Assembly: GCA_021513695.1 (NCBI GenBank)
Contig: CP084166.1
Span: 1,248,001 to 1,312,000 of the forward strand
From: Candidatus Heimdallarchaeum aukensis
GTDB taxonomy: Archaea > Asgardarchaeota > Heimdallarchaeia > Heimdallarchaeales > Heimdallarchaeaceae
DNA length: 64,000 nucleotides
Reading direction: 5' to 3'
The notes under the pieces: generated by a model
Told to the model about the DNA's origin: nothing
The model's input: the letters and a program-made list of their open reading frames with translations, nothing else
Database searches by the model: none
Position numbers and translations under genes: made by a program
Shown: in pieces, positions 10,185-18,403 of the stretch
How positions within the stretch are numbered: position 1 is the stretch's first letter
How the letters are laid out: each line of letters opens with the position of its first letter

Positions 10185-11180
10185 TCAAAATTTGTAAGAT
10201 TTGGCCAACCTAAGATATTGTAAAGAGATATTTCTATACTCATTCCGAATTTTTTGTTCAGCACTATTTAAGGAGTGTAAATACATTGAATAATATACCT
10301 TTGACCTCACATAAGCTCTGTAGGATTTGTAGAAATTAACAAAATCTTTTACTTTTGAAGGGCTTTCATTCATCAAAACCAAGTATTTTTCTAATAAATA
10401 ATTAGCTTCTTTTCTTTTATTGTGATAATCTAGATCCATAGCTAGAAATGAAATTTCTTCTAAAATGTCTTGAATTCTTAAACTTTCATTAAATTCAATA
10501 CAATCAAAAATTACTACTTTTCCACTATCTATGAAAATATTTCTTAATTGCAGATCCCCATGTCCATCAATAATTTTACCTTTTTCTAGCCTTGTATCCC
10601 AAAAAAATCTGTTTTTTTCCATAAAATTATACACTCTATCTGCAAATTTTTTGTTAAAAGGAAAATCCTCATAATTCTGTGTAGTTCGAAAATTCTCGTC
10701 CCATTTCTCAAAGATGTTGGAAAAAACGTCTAATTCTTTTCTATAAATATTGTTCTTATGAAATTCAGATATAATCTCAACAATTTTTTCAATTATTACT
10801 TTATCTATGGAATTTTTTTGTATTAGATTGATTAAGAGTTTTTCTTGTGGTATTTCCTTCATTTTCACTAGATACTCAATAACATCACCCTCACCATCAA
10901 TCTTTTTATCTGAAGTAAAAGATACTAAACCCACATATAATTCAGGAGCTAATCTCTTGTTCAGCTCGACTTCTTGTTTACTTGCATTATATCTTTTTTG
11001 TAAAGTTGAAAAATCAAGAACATCTCCAAATTTAATTGTTTTTTTCATTTTATAAGCGAATTGTCCTGTTAAAAAAACCCAACTAACGTTTGTTTCAATA
11101 ACTCTAATTGGTTCTTGAACAGCATGGTTATATGTTACAGGTTTTTTTAACTCATTAACTATAGCCTTTTCTGATAACAT
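10185..11180 (-). CDS. Phosphotransferase (APH/choline-kinase-like protein kinase fold)
   Basis: Catalytic loop HGDLQLRNIFI and metal-binding IFDCIEF (the HGDxxxxN ... D motif of the APH family); overlaps the upstream P-loop kinase gene by 26 nt. Confidence 0.6.
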   Translation of the reverse strand: MLSEKAIVNELKKPVTYNHAVQEPIRVIETNVSWVFLTGQFAYKMKKTIKFGDVLDFSTLQKRYNASKQEVELNKRLAPELYVGLVSFTSDKKIDGEGDVIEYLVKMKEIPQEKLLINLIQKNSIDKVIIEKIVEIISEFHKNNIYRKELDVFSNIFEKWDENFRTTQNYEDFPFNKKFADRVYNFMEKNRFFWDTRLEKGKIIDGHGDLQLRNIFIDSGKVVIFDCIEFNESLRIQDILEEISFLAMDLDYHNKRKEANYLLEKYLVLMNESPSKVKDFVNFYKSYRAYVRSKVYYSMYLHSLNSAEQKIRNEYRNISLQYLRLAKSYKF

Positions 11181-11715
11181 TTTCGATCTTTTCCATTATA
11201 GAGTTTTTATCATAAACAATATTTACTTTTATATGAGGTAATCTTGTAGGTTGAAACCTCTCTTTTAATTTCAAGTAAATCTCATAATTTGCATCGCTTA
11301 GAGTTCTACCTGTACGTTTTTCTCTTTGCTCAAATCTTTGTTTTATTAATGATTCTGGGCATTCTACAAATACAAGAATAAATTTTGCATCGAATTTTTC
11401 AGCAATTCTCTTTATTTTTATCCTAAATGATTCTTTGTAGAAAGTACCATCTATGACGCAACCTATATTCCATCTCAATAGTGTATAGAGAAGATAATAA
11501 ATTATATTATAAACTACTACTCTGTTTTCAAAACTATAAGAACCTGCACCAAAGCTATTTTTTCTTACAGTAGGAAAAACTCTTTTTCTCACTGAATCTG
11601 TACTTATACGTTCTAATCTATATTTTTTTGACAGCCTTCTAGCTAATGTGCTTTTTCCTGTTCCAGGTAGCCCTGACAAAAGGATAACAAGAGGTTGTTT
11701 TTTTTTCATCCCCAC
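11155..11715 (-). CDS. P-loop nucleotide/nucleoside kinase-like protein (AAA_33-like)
   Basis: Walker A LLSGLPGTGKSTLARRL, 186 aa; gene order HerA-like, P-loop kinase, APH-like with start/stop overlaps. Confidence 0.65.
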   Translation of the reverse strand: MGMKKKQPLVILLSGLPGTGKSTLARRLSKKYRLERISTDSVRKRVFPTVRKNSFGAGSYSFENRVVVYNIIYYLLYTLLRWNIGCVIDGTFYKESFRIKIKRIAEKFDAKFILVFVECPESLIKQRFEQREKRTGRTLSDANYEIYLKLKERFQPTRLPHIKVNIVYDKNSIMEKIENVIRKGYS

Positions 11716-11721
11716 CCATAC

Positions 11722-14700
11722 TCACCTTTTTTTCTTGTGATCTGGGCAAACGAAAACCTCTTCTGTTTTAAATAATCCTTTTTTGGTCACTTTAATAGCA
11801 TGTTTAGAACAAATGACTTTTCCACAGACATCACAATAGATGATATCATTGTCGCAAACTACATTGTTACAGAACGAACATTGTTTAACATGCTCTGTTG
11901 ACACAACCTCTTTACAGACAGAACATACTGCTGCATGTTTATTACATATCACATCTCCGCTAATTGAACAATATATAGTATGATTTGCACAAAGTGTTCG
12001 ACCACAAACTTCACAATCGTTTGATATTGACACTAATTGCATTTTAGGGGTTTTCTTTTCATAACAAGAATCACATAAGATGCTTATACTGGTTCCCAAA
12101 GTTGATTCAGCTATTCCTCTGATAAGTAATTCGTGACCTTTTTCATTAACTATATTTATTTCTGCTATAGAAACAGGAATGTATATTATTGCCGCATAGA
12201 TGTCTTGGATTTCATTTTGATTCGGAATGCTAAATGATTTTTTCTTGACCAATTTATCAAGATCGTCAAGTACCTCGACTTTTGTTTGAGATTTAATTTT
12301 TCTGTCTAGTTCTTTAACAATTTCCACATCTTTTTCTATTTCAGAAGTATAATTTTTTATAACTTGAGGTCCATATTGTAAAGTTTCAACTGCCTTTTTG
12401 TAACGCTTCACATCTGCGTCTCTTTTATATTTGTACTTATTTGTTACAATTGGTTTTAGTGTTGCATAAATGCTCTTTGCTTCCTCAATCTGAGCTTGAA
12501 ACTTTCTTACTTTGTCTCTTTTTTCAATCATCTTTGCAAAGTATTCATCTCTTTGTTTAGTTAGCTGTTTAATCCATGAATCGATTTTGTCCTTATATTT
12601 CTCTTCTATTTTTACTAACGAATCTTCGATATCTCGCTTCCATTCATCTTCATACATGCTTTTATCCATCCATAGTACATCCTGGAATGATTCAAGAATG
12701 GCTCTTGGTTTTCGTTGAACTTCTATAGTCTGGATGTTCGCAGATGGAGGTGCTATCAAGCTTCCAAGGTTTTTAAGAGGAAGAATAGAAAGGAGTTCTT
12801 CAAAAACATCTTCTGCTTGAAAAGGTATACTTTCTAGTCCCCATATTTTATCTTTTGAATCAAATTCTAATTTGTCCACTAGTGGAAAAATTCTTTTGAT
12901 TGGAAAATCTAAAGTAATTTCTTCCTTAACTACTTCTTCTCCAACCTTGACTTCTATTTCTCTTTTTGCATTTATATTAAAGTCTAACAACAAAAATGGA
13001 ACATAAGCAAGTTGAAGATAGTTTGTTCCTAGGTAGCTGAATTTTTTATCACCAAAAAACTTTGATAAAAGTTCTTTCAAATCAATCTTATCATATTTAA
13101 GATATTGTTTTTTGATTGTTTTAATAGACTTACTAAGATCTATTTTCTTAAGTTTATATTCTTCTTCATATTCTAATTTTTGTTCAGTAAAATCACTTGG
13201 AGTAATGTCTGTACCTATATCAAGTGTTTCTGAAGGGACTTCTGGAAAATCATCAAGTTCTTGCAGTCTTACTTCTGTATCTAAAAGACTTTCAACTTCT
13301 GAAAATTCTTGCAATTTAGACATCTCTTTTTCGATATCATCTAAACTTAATTCTTTTTCAATATCGGAGAAGTCCAAACTATCAATATCATAGCTGTAAC
13401 CATTTACCTCTTTACAAATTGATGGTGGAGGGTTCTTGTAGAGTTTAGACACATCATCATCAGATAAAGCTTTGTGCACTGAATATAACCATCTGGTCTT
13501 GAAACGAATAGGCTTTGGATAATTATCTGGTGAGAGTAGATAAAATTCTCCTGGTTCAAAATTTGGAAGATCATCAAGAATAAATCTTGCTGTTGGATGT
13601 GATTGTATCATTTTTTCTACTGTTCTTAAATCCTGTGGAGCCATGAAACGACCAAAAAAGAATGTGGAGACCTGACCAAAAGCTTTGTAATCTACATCAC
13701 TGATATTTTGTGTCGCAACTAACATTGACACTCCATATTTTCGACCTTGCTTAAATAATAGTTGTAACCATTTTTTCGTTGGAGGATTACGAGGATAAGG
13801 TGGAATTAATCCAGCTAATTCGTCAATATAGAAAATCAGTTGTGGTTCATGGGAAGGGTTAGAAAGCATATAAGTGTATAATCTTTGAGAGATAGTAGAG
13901 ATATAGAGATTTTTCAATTTCTGCGTATTAAGTGTATTAAGATAAATAATTGAGATTCTACATTTTCCTTCATGAGAAGATGTTTTAAGCATTTGAATAT
14001 TCAATTTCGGCCCTAAATTAAAAACTAAAGACTGAGCACCAACGGTTAAGAATTTTATATTCTTCACTAAAGTTTCTTTTTCTTTCTTTTCAAGAAGAGA
14101 GCGGTAAGATTCTGGCAAATAAGCTTCATCTGTATTGATAAGGTCCATTAACATCTTAAAATCTTGAACTAAGATATTTCTTTTCATAAACTCTTCGAAG
14201 AGAGCAGTAAGATAGGCTTTTACTGCTTTACCTTTATTTGAACTTAATTTATATCCAAGTACATCAACTAAATTGGTAGCCATTCCGTCTATAGCTAGTA
14301 TTTTTTCTTCTCTATCCAGCTGAGTTGGAGGAGGAATCAATGGATTTATTGAGAGAGGAATACCCTTTTCTGAAGCTGGAGTAAAAATAACAACTTCAAT
14401 TTTTTCTTTATATTCTTCGTAAAAATCTCTATTTACACCATATTTTTCAAGAGCTTCCCATTCAGCAACCATAGAAAGGCTACTTATATCTCCTTGAGGA
14501 TCGATAATTATAGCAGGAATATTATTTCTAATTGCTTCTTCAATTACAACCTTACAGGCAACAGTTTTTCCACTTCCTGATTGACCAAAAATTGCAACAT
14601 GTTTTTTCAAAGCTTTAGTTGGTAGAGTAACTTCTTCACCTGTTTCCTTACTTTTTCCTAAAGATAATATTGGTGCACTTTTTTCGTCATTCATATTCTT

Positions 14701-14739
14701 CAATATCAATGTGTGGTTGTTATCCTTAAACCTTTCCAA
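11722..14739 (-). CDS. HerA/FtsK-superfamily (DUF87-like) ATPase with a coiled-coil middle region and a C-terminal array of Cys/His zinc-ribbon repeats
   Basis: Walker A HVAIFGQSGSGKTVA followed by AIIIDPQGD (HerA-type), Walker B IFYIDELAGL, VATQNISDV. The C-terminus carries five or more CxxC(x4-5)CxxH units (CEVCGRTLCANH, CSVCKEV, CSFCNNVVCDND, CDVCGKVICSKH). Confidence 0.65.
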   Translation of the reverse strand: MERFKDNNHTLILKNMNDEKSAPILSLGKSKETGEEVTLPTKALKKHVAIFGQSGSGKTVACKVVIEEAIRNNIPAIIIDPQGDISSLSMVAEWEALEKYGVNRDFYEEYKEKIEVVIFTPASEKGIPLSINPLIPPPTQLDREEKILAIDGMATNLVDVLGYKLSSNKGKAVKAYLTALFEEFMKRNILVQDFKMLMDLINTDEAYLPESYRSLLEKKEKETLVKNIKFLTVGAQSLVFNLGPKLNIQMLKTSSHEGKCRISIIYLNTLNTQKLKNLYISTISQRLYTYMLSNPSHEPQLIFYIDELAGLIPPYPRNPPTKKWLQLLFKQGRKYGVSMLVATQNISDVDYKAFGQVSTFFFGRFMAPQDLRTVEKMIQSHPTARFILDDLPNFEPGEFYLLSPDNYPKPIRFKTRWLYSVHKALSDDDVSKLYKNPPPSICKEVNGYSYDIDSLDFSDIEKELSLDDIEKEMSKLQEFSEVESLLDTEVRLQELDDFPEVPSETLDIGTDITPSDFTEQKLEYEEEYKLKKIDLSKSIKTIKKQYLKYDKIDLKELLSKFFGDKKFSYLGTNYLQLAYVPFLLLDFNINAKREIEVKVGEEVVKEEITLDFPIKRIFPLVDKLEFDSKDKIWGLESIPFQAEDVFEELLSILPLKNLGSLIAPPSANIQTIEVQRKPRAILESFQDVLWMDKSMYEDEWKRDIEDSLVKIEEKYKDKIDSWIKQLTKQRDEYFAKMIEKRDKVRKFQAQIEEAKSIYATLKPIVTNKYKYKRDADVKRYKKAVETLQYGPQVIKNYTSEIEKDVEIVKELDRKIKSQTKVEVLDDLDKLVKKKSFSIPNQNEIQDIYAAIIYIPVSIAEINIVNEKGHELLIRGIAESTLGTSISILCDSCYEKKTPKMQLVSISNDCEVCGRTLCANHTIYCSISGDVICNKHAAVCSVCKEVVSTEHVKQCSFCNNVVCDNDIIYCDVCGKVICSKHAIKVTKKGLFKTEEVFVCPDHKKKR

Positions 14740-14821
14740 AGAGTTAACATAGATGAAGTTAACTTCAAAACAGATAACTACAAAATAAGTAAATTAAATA
14801 AAAAATTAGAAATAAGAAAAA

Positions 14822-15547
14822 TTATTTTACAATTACTTTTGATTGTACAATATGAGGGCTCACACTTTTGTTAAAACGTACAACAACGTTATTTTCTCTT
14901 GATTTACGTTTTCCATGTATGCGAGTAATTTTTCCGATTATTTCTAGATTATTTTCAGGATTAGTTACTATAGCCTTCCTACCAATATAATTTGCTAAAG
15001 GCATTTCAATGTTCAGTAATTTTACAATTATTGAATTATTTGATGATCTCCCTACTTTATCATGAACTATAGTCTGTACAACACCATATGTTTGAGAAAC
15101 AACTTTCTCTTTTTTAGGCTTTCTAGTCTTTGGTTTTTTAGTTTTAGGTTTTACTTTTGGAATAATTGGTTCCTTTTTCTTAACAGGAGTTATCTTTTCT
15201 TTCTTAGGTTTGGGCTCAGCTTTCTTCTTGGGCTCAGCTTTTGGTTCAGCTTTTGGTTTAGCTTTTGGTTTAGCTTTTGGTTTAGCTTTTGGTTCAGCTT
15301 TTGGTTTAGGTTCGGCTTTCTTCTTGGGTTCAACTTTTGCAGGAGTAGCTTTTTCACCAGCTGATTCTAGAATCTCTTTAGCTGCTCTTCTCATTTTATC
15401 AGCAGTTACTTTACCTACACCTGGGATTTCTGTTAACTCCTCAAGAGAAGCATTAGCAATTTTTTCTACAGTGTCAAATCCTCTCTTTTTTAGATCCTCT
15501 GCTTTTTTAGCACCAATCCCCGGAATATCAGTAATTTTTAGTTCCAT
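14822..15547 (-). CDS. Ribosomal protein L35Ae domain protein with an N-terminal HhH domain and K/P/A/E-rich repeat linker
   Basis: The C-terminal ~85 aa align to archaeal L35Ae (YGVV..NN.IIVK....IGRK.....IIGKITRIHG....VVVRF). The N-terminus DIPGIGAKKAEDLKKRGFDTVEKIANASLEELTEIPGVG is an HhH motif. The middle is (KPKAEP)n, encoded by 18-nt tandem DNA repeats. Confidence 0.7.
   Translation of the reverse strand: MELKITDIPGIGAKKAEDLKKRGFDTVEKIANASLEELTEIPGVGKVTADKMRRAAKEILESAGEKATPAKVEPKKKAEPKPKAEPKAKPKAKPKAKPKAEPKAEPKKKAEPKPKKEKITPVKKKEPIIPKVKPKTKKPKTRKPKKEKVVSQTYGVVQTIVHDKVGRSSNNSIIVKLLNIEMPLANYIGRKAIVTNPENNLEIIGKITRIHGKRKSRENNVVVRFNKSVSPHIVQSKVIVK
15195..15330. repeat. Coding tandem repeat (about seven 12-18-nt units, gcttttggtttagcttttggttcagc...) encoding the K/P/A/E low-complexity linker
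   Basis: Direct reading of the DNA; the repeat lies inside the 14822-15547 CDS. Confidence 0.8.
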
Positions 15548-15699
15548 TCTCTACACCTTACTAACTCAGAACTCAATCATTGTTTTAAAAATTTTTAGAT
15601 TGATTTCAGAAAAGATAATAATAAAAAAGATAGAAGATTTTTAAAGAAACAATATTAACCTAAAAATAGTTTTTAATTAGAAACTTTTTCTTAACTATA

Positions 15700-16332
15700 A
15701 TGAGTGAAAAAGAAATAATTTTAACTGGATTTGAACCTTTTGGAGAATCAAAAACCAATCCTACTTCGAAGTTATGTGAAAAAATAAATAATAAGATGTT
15801 TAGAGGTTATAAAATTATTTCATACATCATCCCTTTACATTTTAACAAAATAAATGAATTTATAGAAAAAATCTTTGAATCTCATATACCTTCTGCTTTT
15901 ATTGCTACTGGTCAATCAAATAGAGATAGAATATCTATTGAACGAGTAGCAATTAACTTTGCTGATGCAAGAATCCCTTATAATTGTGGAACAAAACCAC
16001 AAGAACAAAAGCTCTTCTCTGATGGTCCTGTGGCATATTGGTCTACTCTTCCTGTAAGAAAAATCAAAGAAAAAATGATTGAAAATAACATCCCTACAGA
16101 ACTATCCTATTCAGCAGGAACATATGGATGTAATCAACTATTTTATTCTTTAATGCATTACATTACAAGAAAGAGAATCAATATTCCAGCAGGATTTATT
16201 CATGTTCCCTCTCTACCAGAGCAAGCTTTGAACAAAAAACTTCCCTCAATGTCATTAGAATTAATTGAAAAAGGGATAAAAGTAGCTATTGAAACTGTTA
16301 TTATAGATTTAGAAGAAAAAAATGAAGGATGA
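15700..16332 (+). CDS. pcp: Pyrrolidone-carboxylate peptidase (pyroglutamyl peptidase I, C15)
   Basis: IILTGFEPFGESKTNPT N-terminus and overall PCP length (210 aa). Confidence 0.8.
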   Translation: MSEKEIILTGFEPFGESKTNPTSKLCEKINNKMFRGYKIISYIIPLHFNKINEFIEKIFESHIPSAFIATGQSNRDRISIERVAINFADARIPYNCGTKPQEQKLFSDGPVAYWSTLPVRKIKEKMIENNIPTELSYSAGTYGCNQLFYSLMHYITRKRINIPAGFIHVPSLPEQALNKKLPSMSLELIEKGIKVAIETVIIDLEEKNEG

Positions 16333-16760
16333 CAATGAAAGAACAGACTTTCCTTGCTATTAATTCAAAGGAATTTATAGAAGCAATAGCTAAAATTGAA
16401 AAAGAAGATTTAAATCTGAAAGTTTATAAGAAAGATGAAAAGAAAATCGTTCTTTTATTTTCCATTTTATTTCCAATAGCCTATTTTTCATTTCAAATAT
16501 CTAAAGAGGAAAAAAATCAAATTTCTGTTAAAAAAAAGATAAATTACTTACCCTTGTTTATTATGTCAATTTTTTTACTTTCTTTTTTTGAGATTATTTT
16601 ATATTTGACTTTATTTATAGTAGAAAAACAGAATGTTATCAGTTATTTGCTAATAGTTATATTCTGGTTTTTTATTACATGGTACTTTATGGTTAAGGCA
16701 ATAGAAAAATTTGATAAAGTAATTTTTCTTGCTTTTAACATTAAAATAGAAAATTCTTGA
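16329..16760 (+). CDS. Small membrane protein
   Basis: Three or four hydrophobic helices; overlaps the pcp stop by 4 nt. Confidence 0.4.
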   Translation: MTMKEQTFLAINSKEFIEAIAKIEKEDLNLKVYKKDEKKIVLLFSILFPIAYFSFQISKEEKNQISVKKKINYLPLFIMSIFLLSFFEIILYLTLFIVEKQNVISYLLIVIFWFFITWYFMVKAIEKFDKVIFLAFNIKIENS

Positions 16761-16768
16761 GAAACTAC

Positions 16769-17842
16769 TTATTCAATCGGATAATGAATATTTCTATCTT
16801 CATTTATTTCTTTTAAAATAATAGACATTTCATTTTTTACCCAATCGTTTTCCAGTGTAAGTAAATTGTAGTTTACCAAGTCTCTAAATGAGAAGTATCT
16901 AAGTCTTTCTATTTTATTAGCTGCATACTCTTGAGCCTCATTGACGAGTGATTTTCTGGCAGATTTCTTTATTCTTTTGATTGACCATGTTTCAGGAAGT
17001 ATAGTTTTTTCGTCCAAGTTTTTAACTAGTTCCAATAATTTAATCGAAACTTGAAAAACCAAGAACCATCTTCTTTGATTCATTAAAATAGACATTAAGT
17101 TTACCAATTGTTGAATCTTAAACTTCAATATTTTTGCAGGATTTACTTGGTAATCTCTGATCCCTTGAAACAAAGCAACAAGTTTTATGACTTCATTTTC
17201 TGATTGCTCATTTTTTCTTTGTATTATCCTAAAAAAAATTGAATTTTTTTTCACTTGTAAAAAATCAATATTCTTTGTTTCAGTTATTACATCAAACTTG
17301 GATATTTTTAAAAAACAACAGCTAGGAGAAATACGAAAGAGATTTTCAATTGGTTTTTGTTTGTTTTCAACTAAAATCCTAATTAACCACTTTGTAACCC
17401 ATCTATCAAAGTAGAAAATCTCACTTAATATATTACCTGTATTATCCGAAAATGTGATAGTGGAACAATTATTTGTTTCAGATATCAAAGCTTTATATTG
17501 TGAACGAGTTATAAAGAATTTACCAGAAGTGACAAGAATATTATCATTAATAGCATGCTTCATAATTTTGTTTAAAGTCTCAACATCTATTCTCTTCTCA
17601 ATAGGAGAAATAACCTTAATCGGTGCAAAATCAGTTTTTTTATCAAATATTTGTCTTTCTTTGTCATTCATAAAAAAGTCAGTTATCAAGTCATTTGATA
17701 AGGATTTTAGTTTTTGAACATGTGAAATTAATTGCTCTACATTTTCGCAATTTAAGATAAATGTTGAAACATTAGTCTTATCTTTCTTTTTGGAATCAAA
17801 ATGTTGAACAGTTCGTTCTAATAATTTAACAATATTACTCAA
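16769..17842 (-). CDS. Hypothetical protein (357 aa)
   Basis: Long ORF with no motif recognised; its start overlaps the mobB-like stop by 4 nt. Confidence 0.4.
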   Translation of the reverse strand: MSNIVKLLERTVQHFDSKKKDKTNVSTFILNCENVEQLISHVQKLKSLSNDLITDFFMNDKERQIFDKKTDFAPIKVISPIEKRIDVETLNKIMKHAINDNILVTSGKFFITRSQYKALISETNNCSTITFSDNTGNILSEIFYFDRWVTKWLIRILVENKQKPIENLFRISPSCCFLKISKFDVITETKNIDFLQVKKNSIFFRIIQRKNEQSENEVIKLVALFQGIRDYQVNPAKILKFKIQQLVNLMSILMNQRRWFLVFQVSIKLLELVKNLDEKTILPETWSIKRIKKSARKSLVNEAQEYAANKIERLRYFSFRDLVNYNLLTLENDWVKNEMSIILKEINEDRNIHYPIE

Positions 17843-18369
17843 TGCTTTAATTCCTCCAATAAGATTTTAATTATCTGCTCAACTGATATAAATAAATCAA
17901 AACCATATTTTTCTACAAATAATTCAACATCTGTTCTGTTTTCTCTGTAAATATTTTTGGGACAATAAACACCAACTACATTATCTAAATTAAATAATGA
18001 CAAATCAATATCTTTTGTCCAAACAATTATTTTTGGAAAATTTCTTTTTTTGAAACCTTCAATTATTATAAGTTCAGAATCACTATAATCACCAATAAGT
18101 TTTATCGTTTTTTCCAGCGATAATTCATTAAAAGTAATCTGTGTTCCGTTAGAAAAAAGAACTGCAGTAGAGATAGCTCCACTAAAGAAGTTTTTATCTG
18201 AATCTTTACCATGATCAACTATTTGATGAGTAGGAGCCGATTTAATCGTTGACACTTTAATTTTTTTTTCACTAAGTTTTCTAATTATGCTTGTAACTAA
18301 AGTCGTCTTTCCAGTATTAGAAAAACCAACAATTTGGATAATTCTTTGTCTTTCAACTGAAATATTCAT
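17839..18369 (-). CDS. mobB: MobB-like P-loop GTPase (molybdopterin-guanine dinucleotide biosynthesis protein B family)
   Basis: IVGFSNTGKTTLV Walker A; KVSTIKSAPTHQIVDHGKDSDK matches MobB HxxDxD-GKDS. Confidence 0.7.
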   Translation of the reverse strand: MNISVERQRIIQIVGFSNTGKTTLVTSIIRKLSEKKIKVSTIKSAPTHQIVDHGKDSDKNFFSGAISTAVLFSNGTQITFNELSLEKTIKLIGDYSDSELIIIEGFKKRNFPKIIVWTKDIDLSLFNLDNVVGVYCPKNIYRENRTDVELFVEKYGFDLFISVEQIIKILLEELKH

Positions 18370-18403
18370 TATTATGAGAAAAAAAAATTAATAAAATTTA
18401 AAC

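Noticed and set aside
15195-15330. CRISPR-like regularly spaced repeats
   Set aside because: The units are contiguous 12-18-nt tandem repeats with no spacers, and they are in-frame coding sequence.
15062-15644. Two plus-strand ORFs (100 aa and 144 aa) with striking FWFS/GLAFG repeats
   Set aside because: They are reading-frame artifacts of the tandem (KPKAEP)n-encoding DNA repeat on the opposite strand. The real gene is the minus-strand L35Ae fusion.
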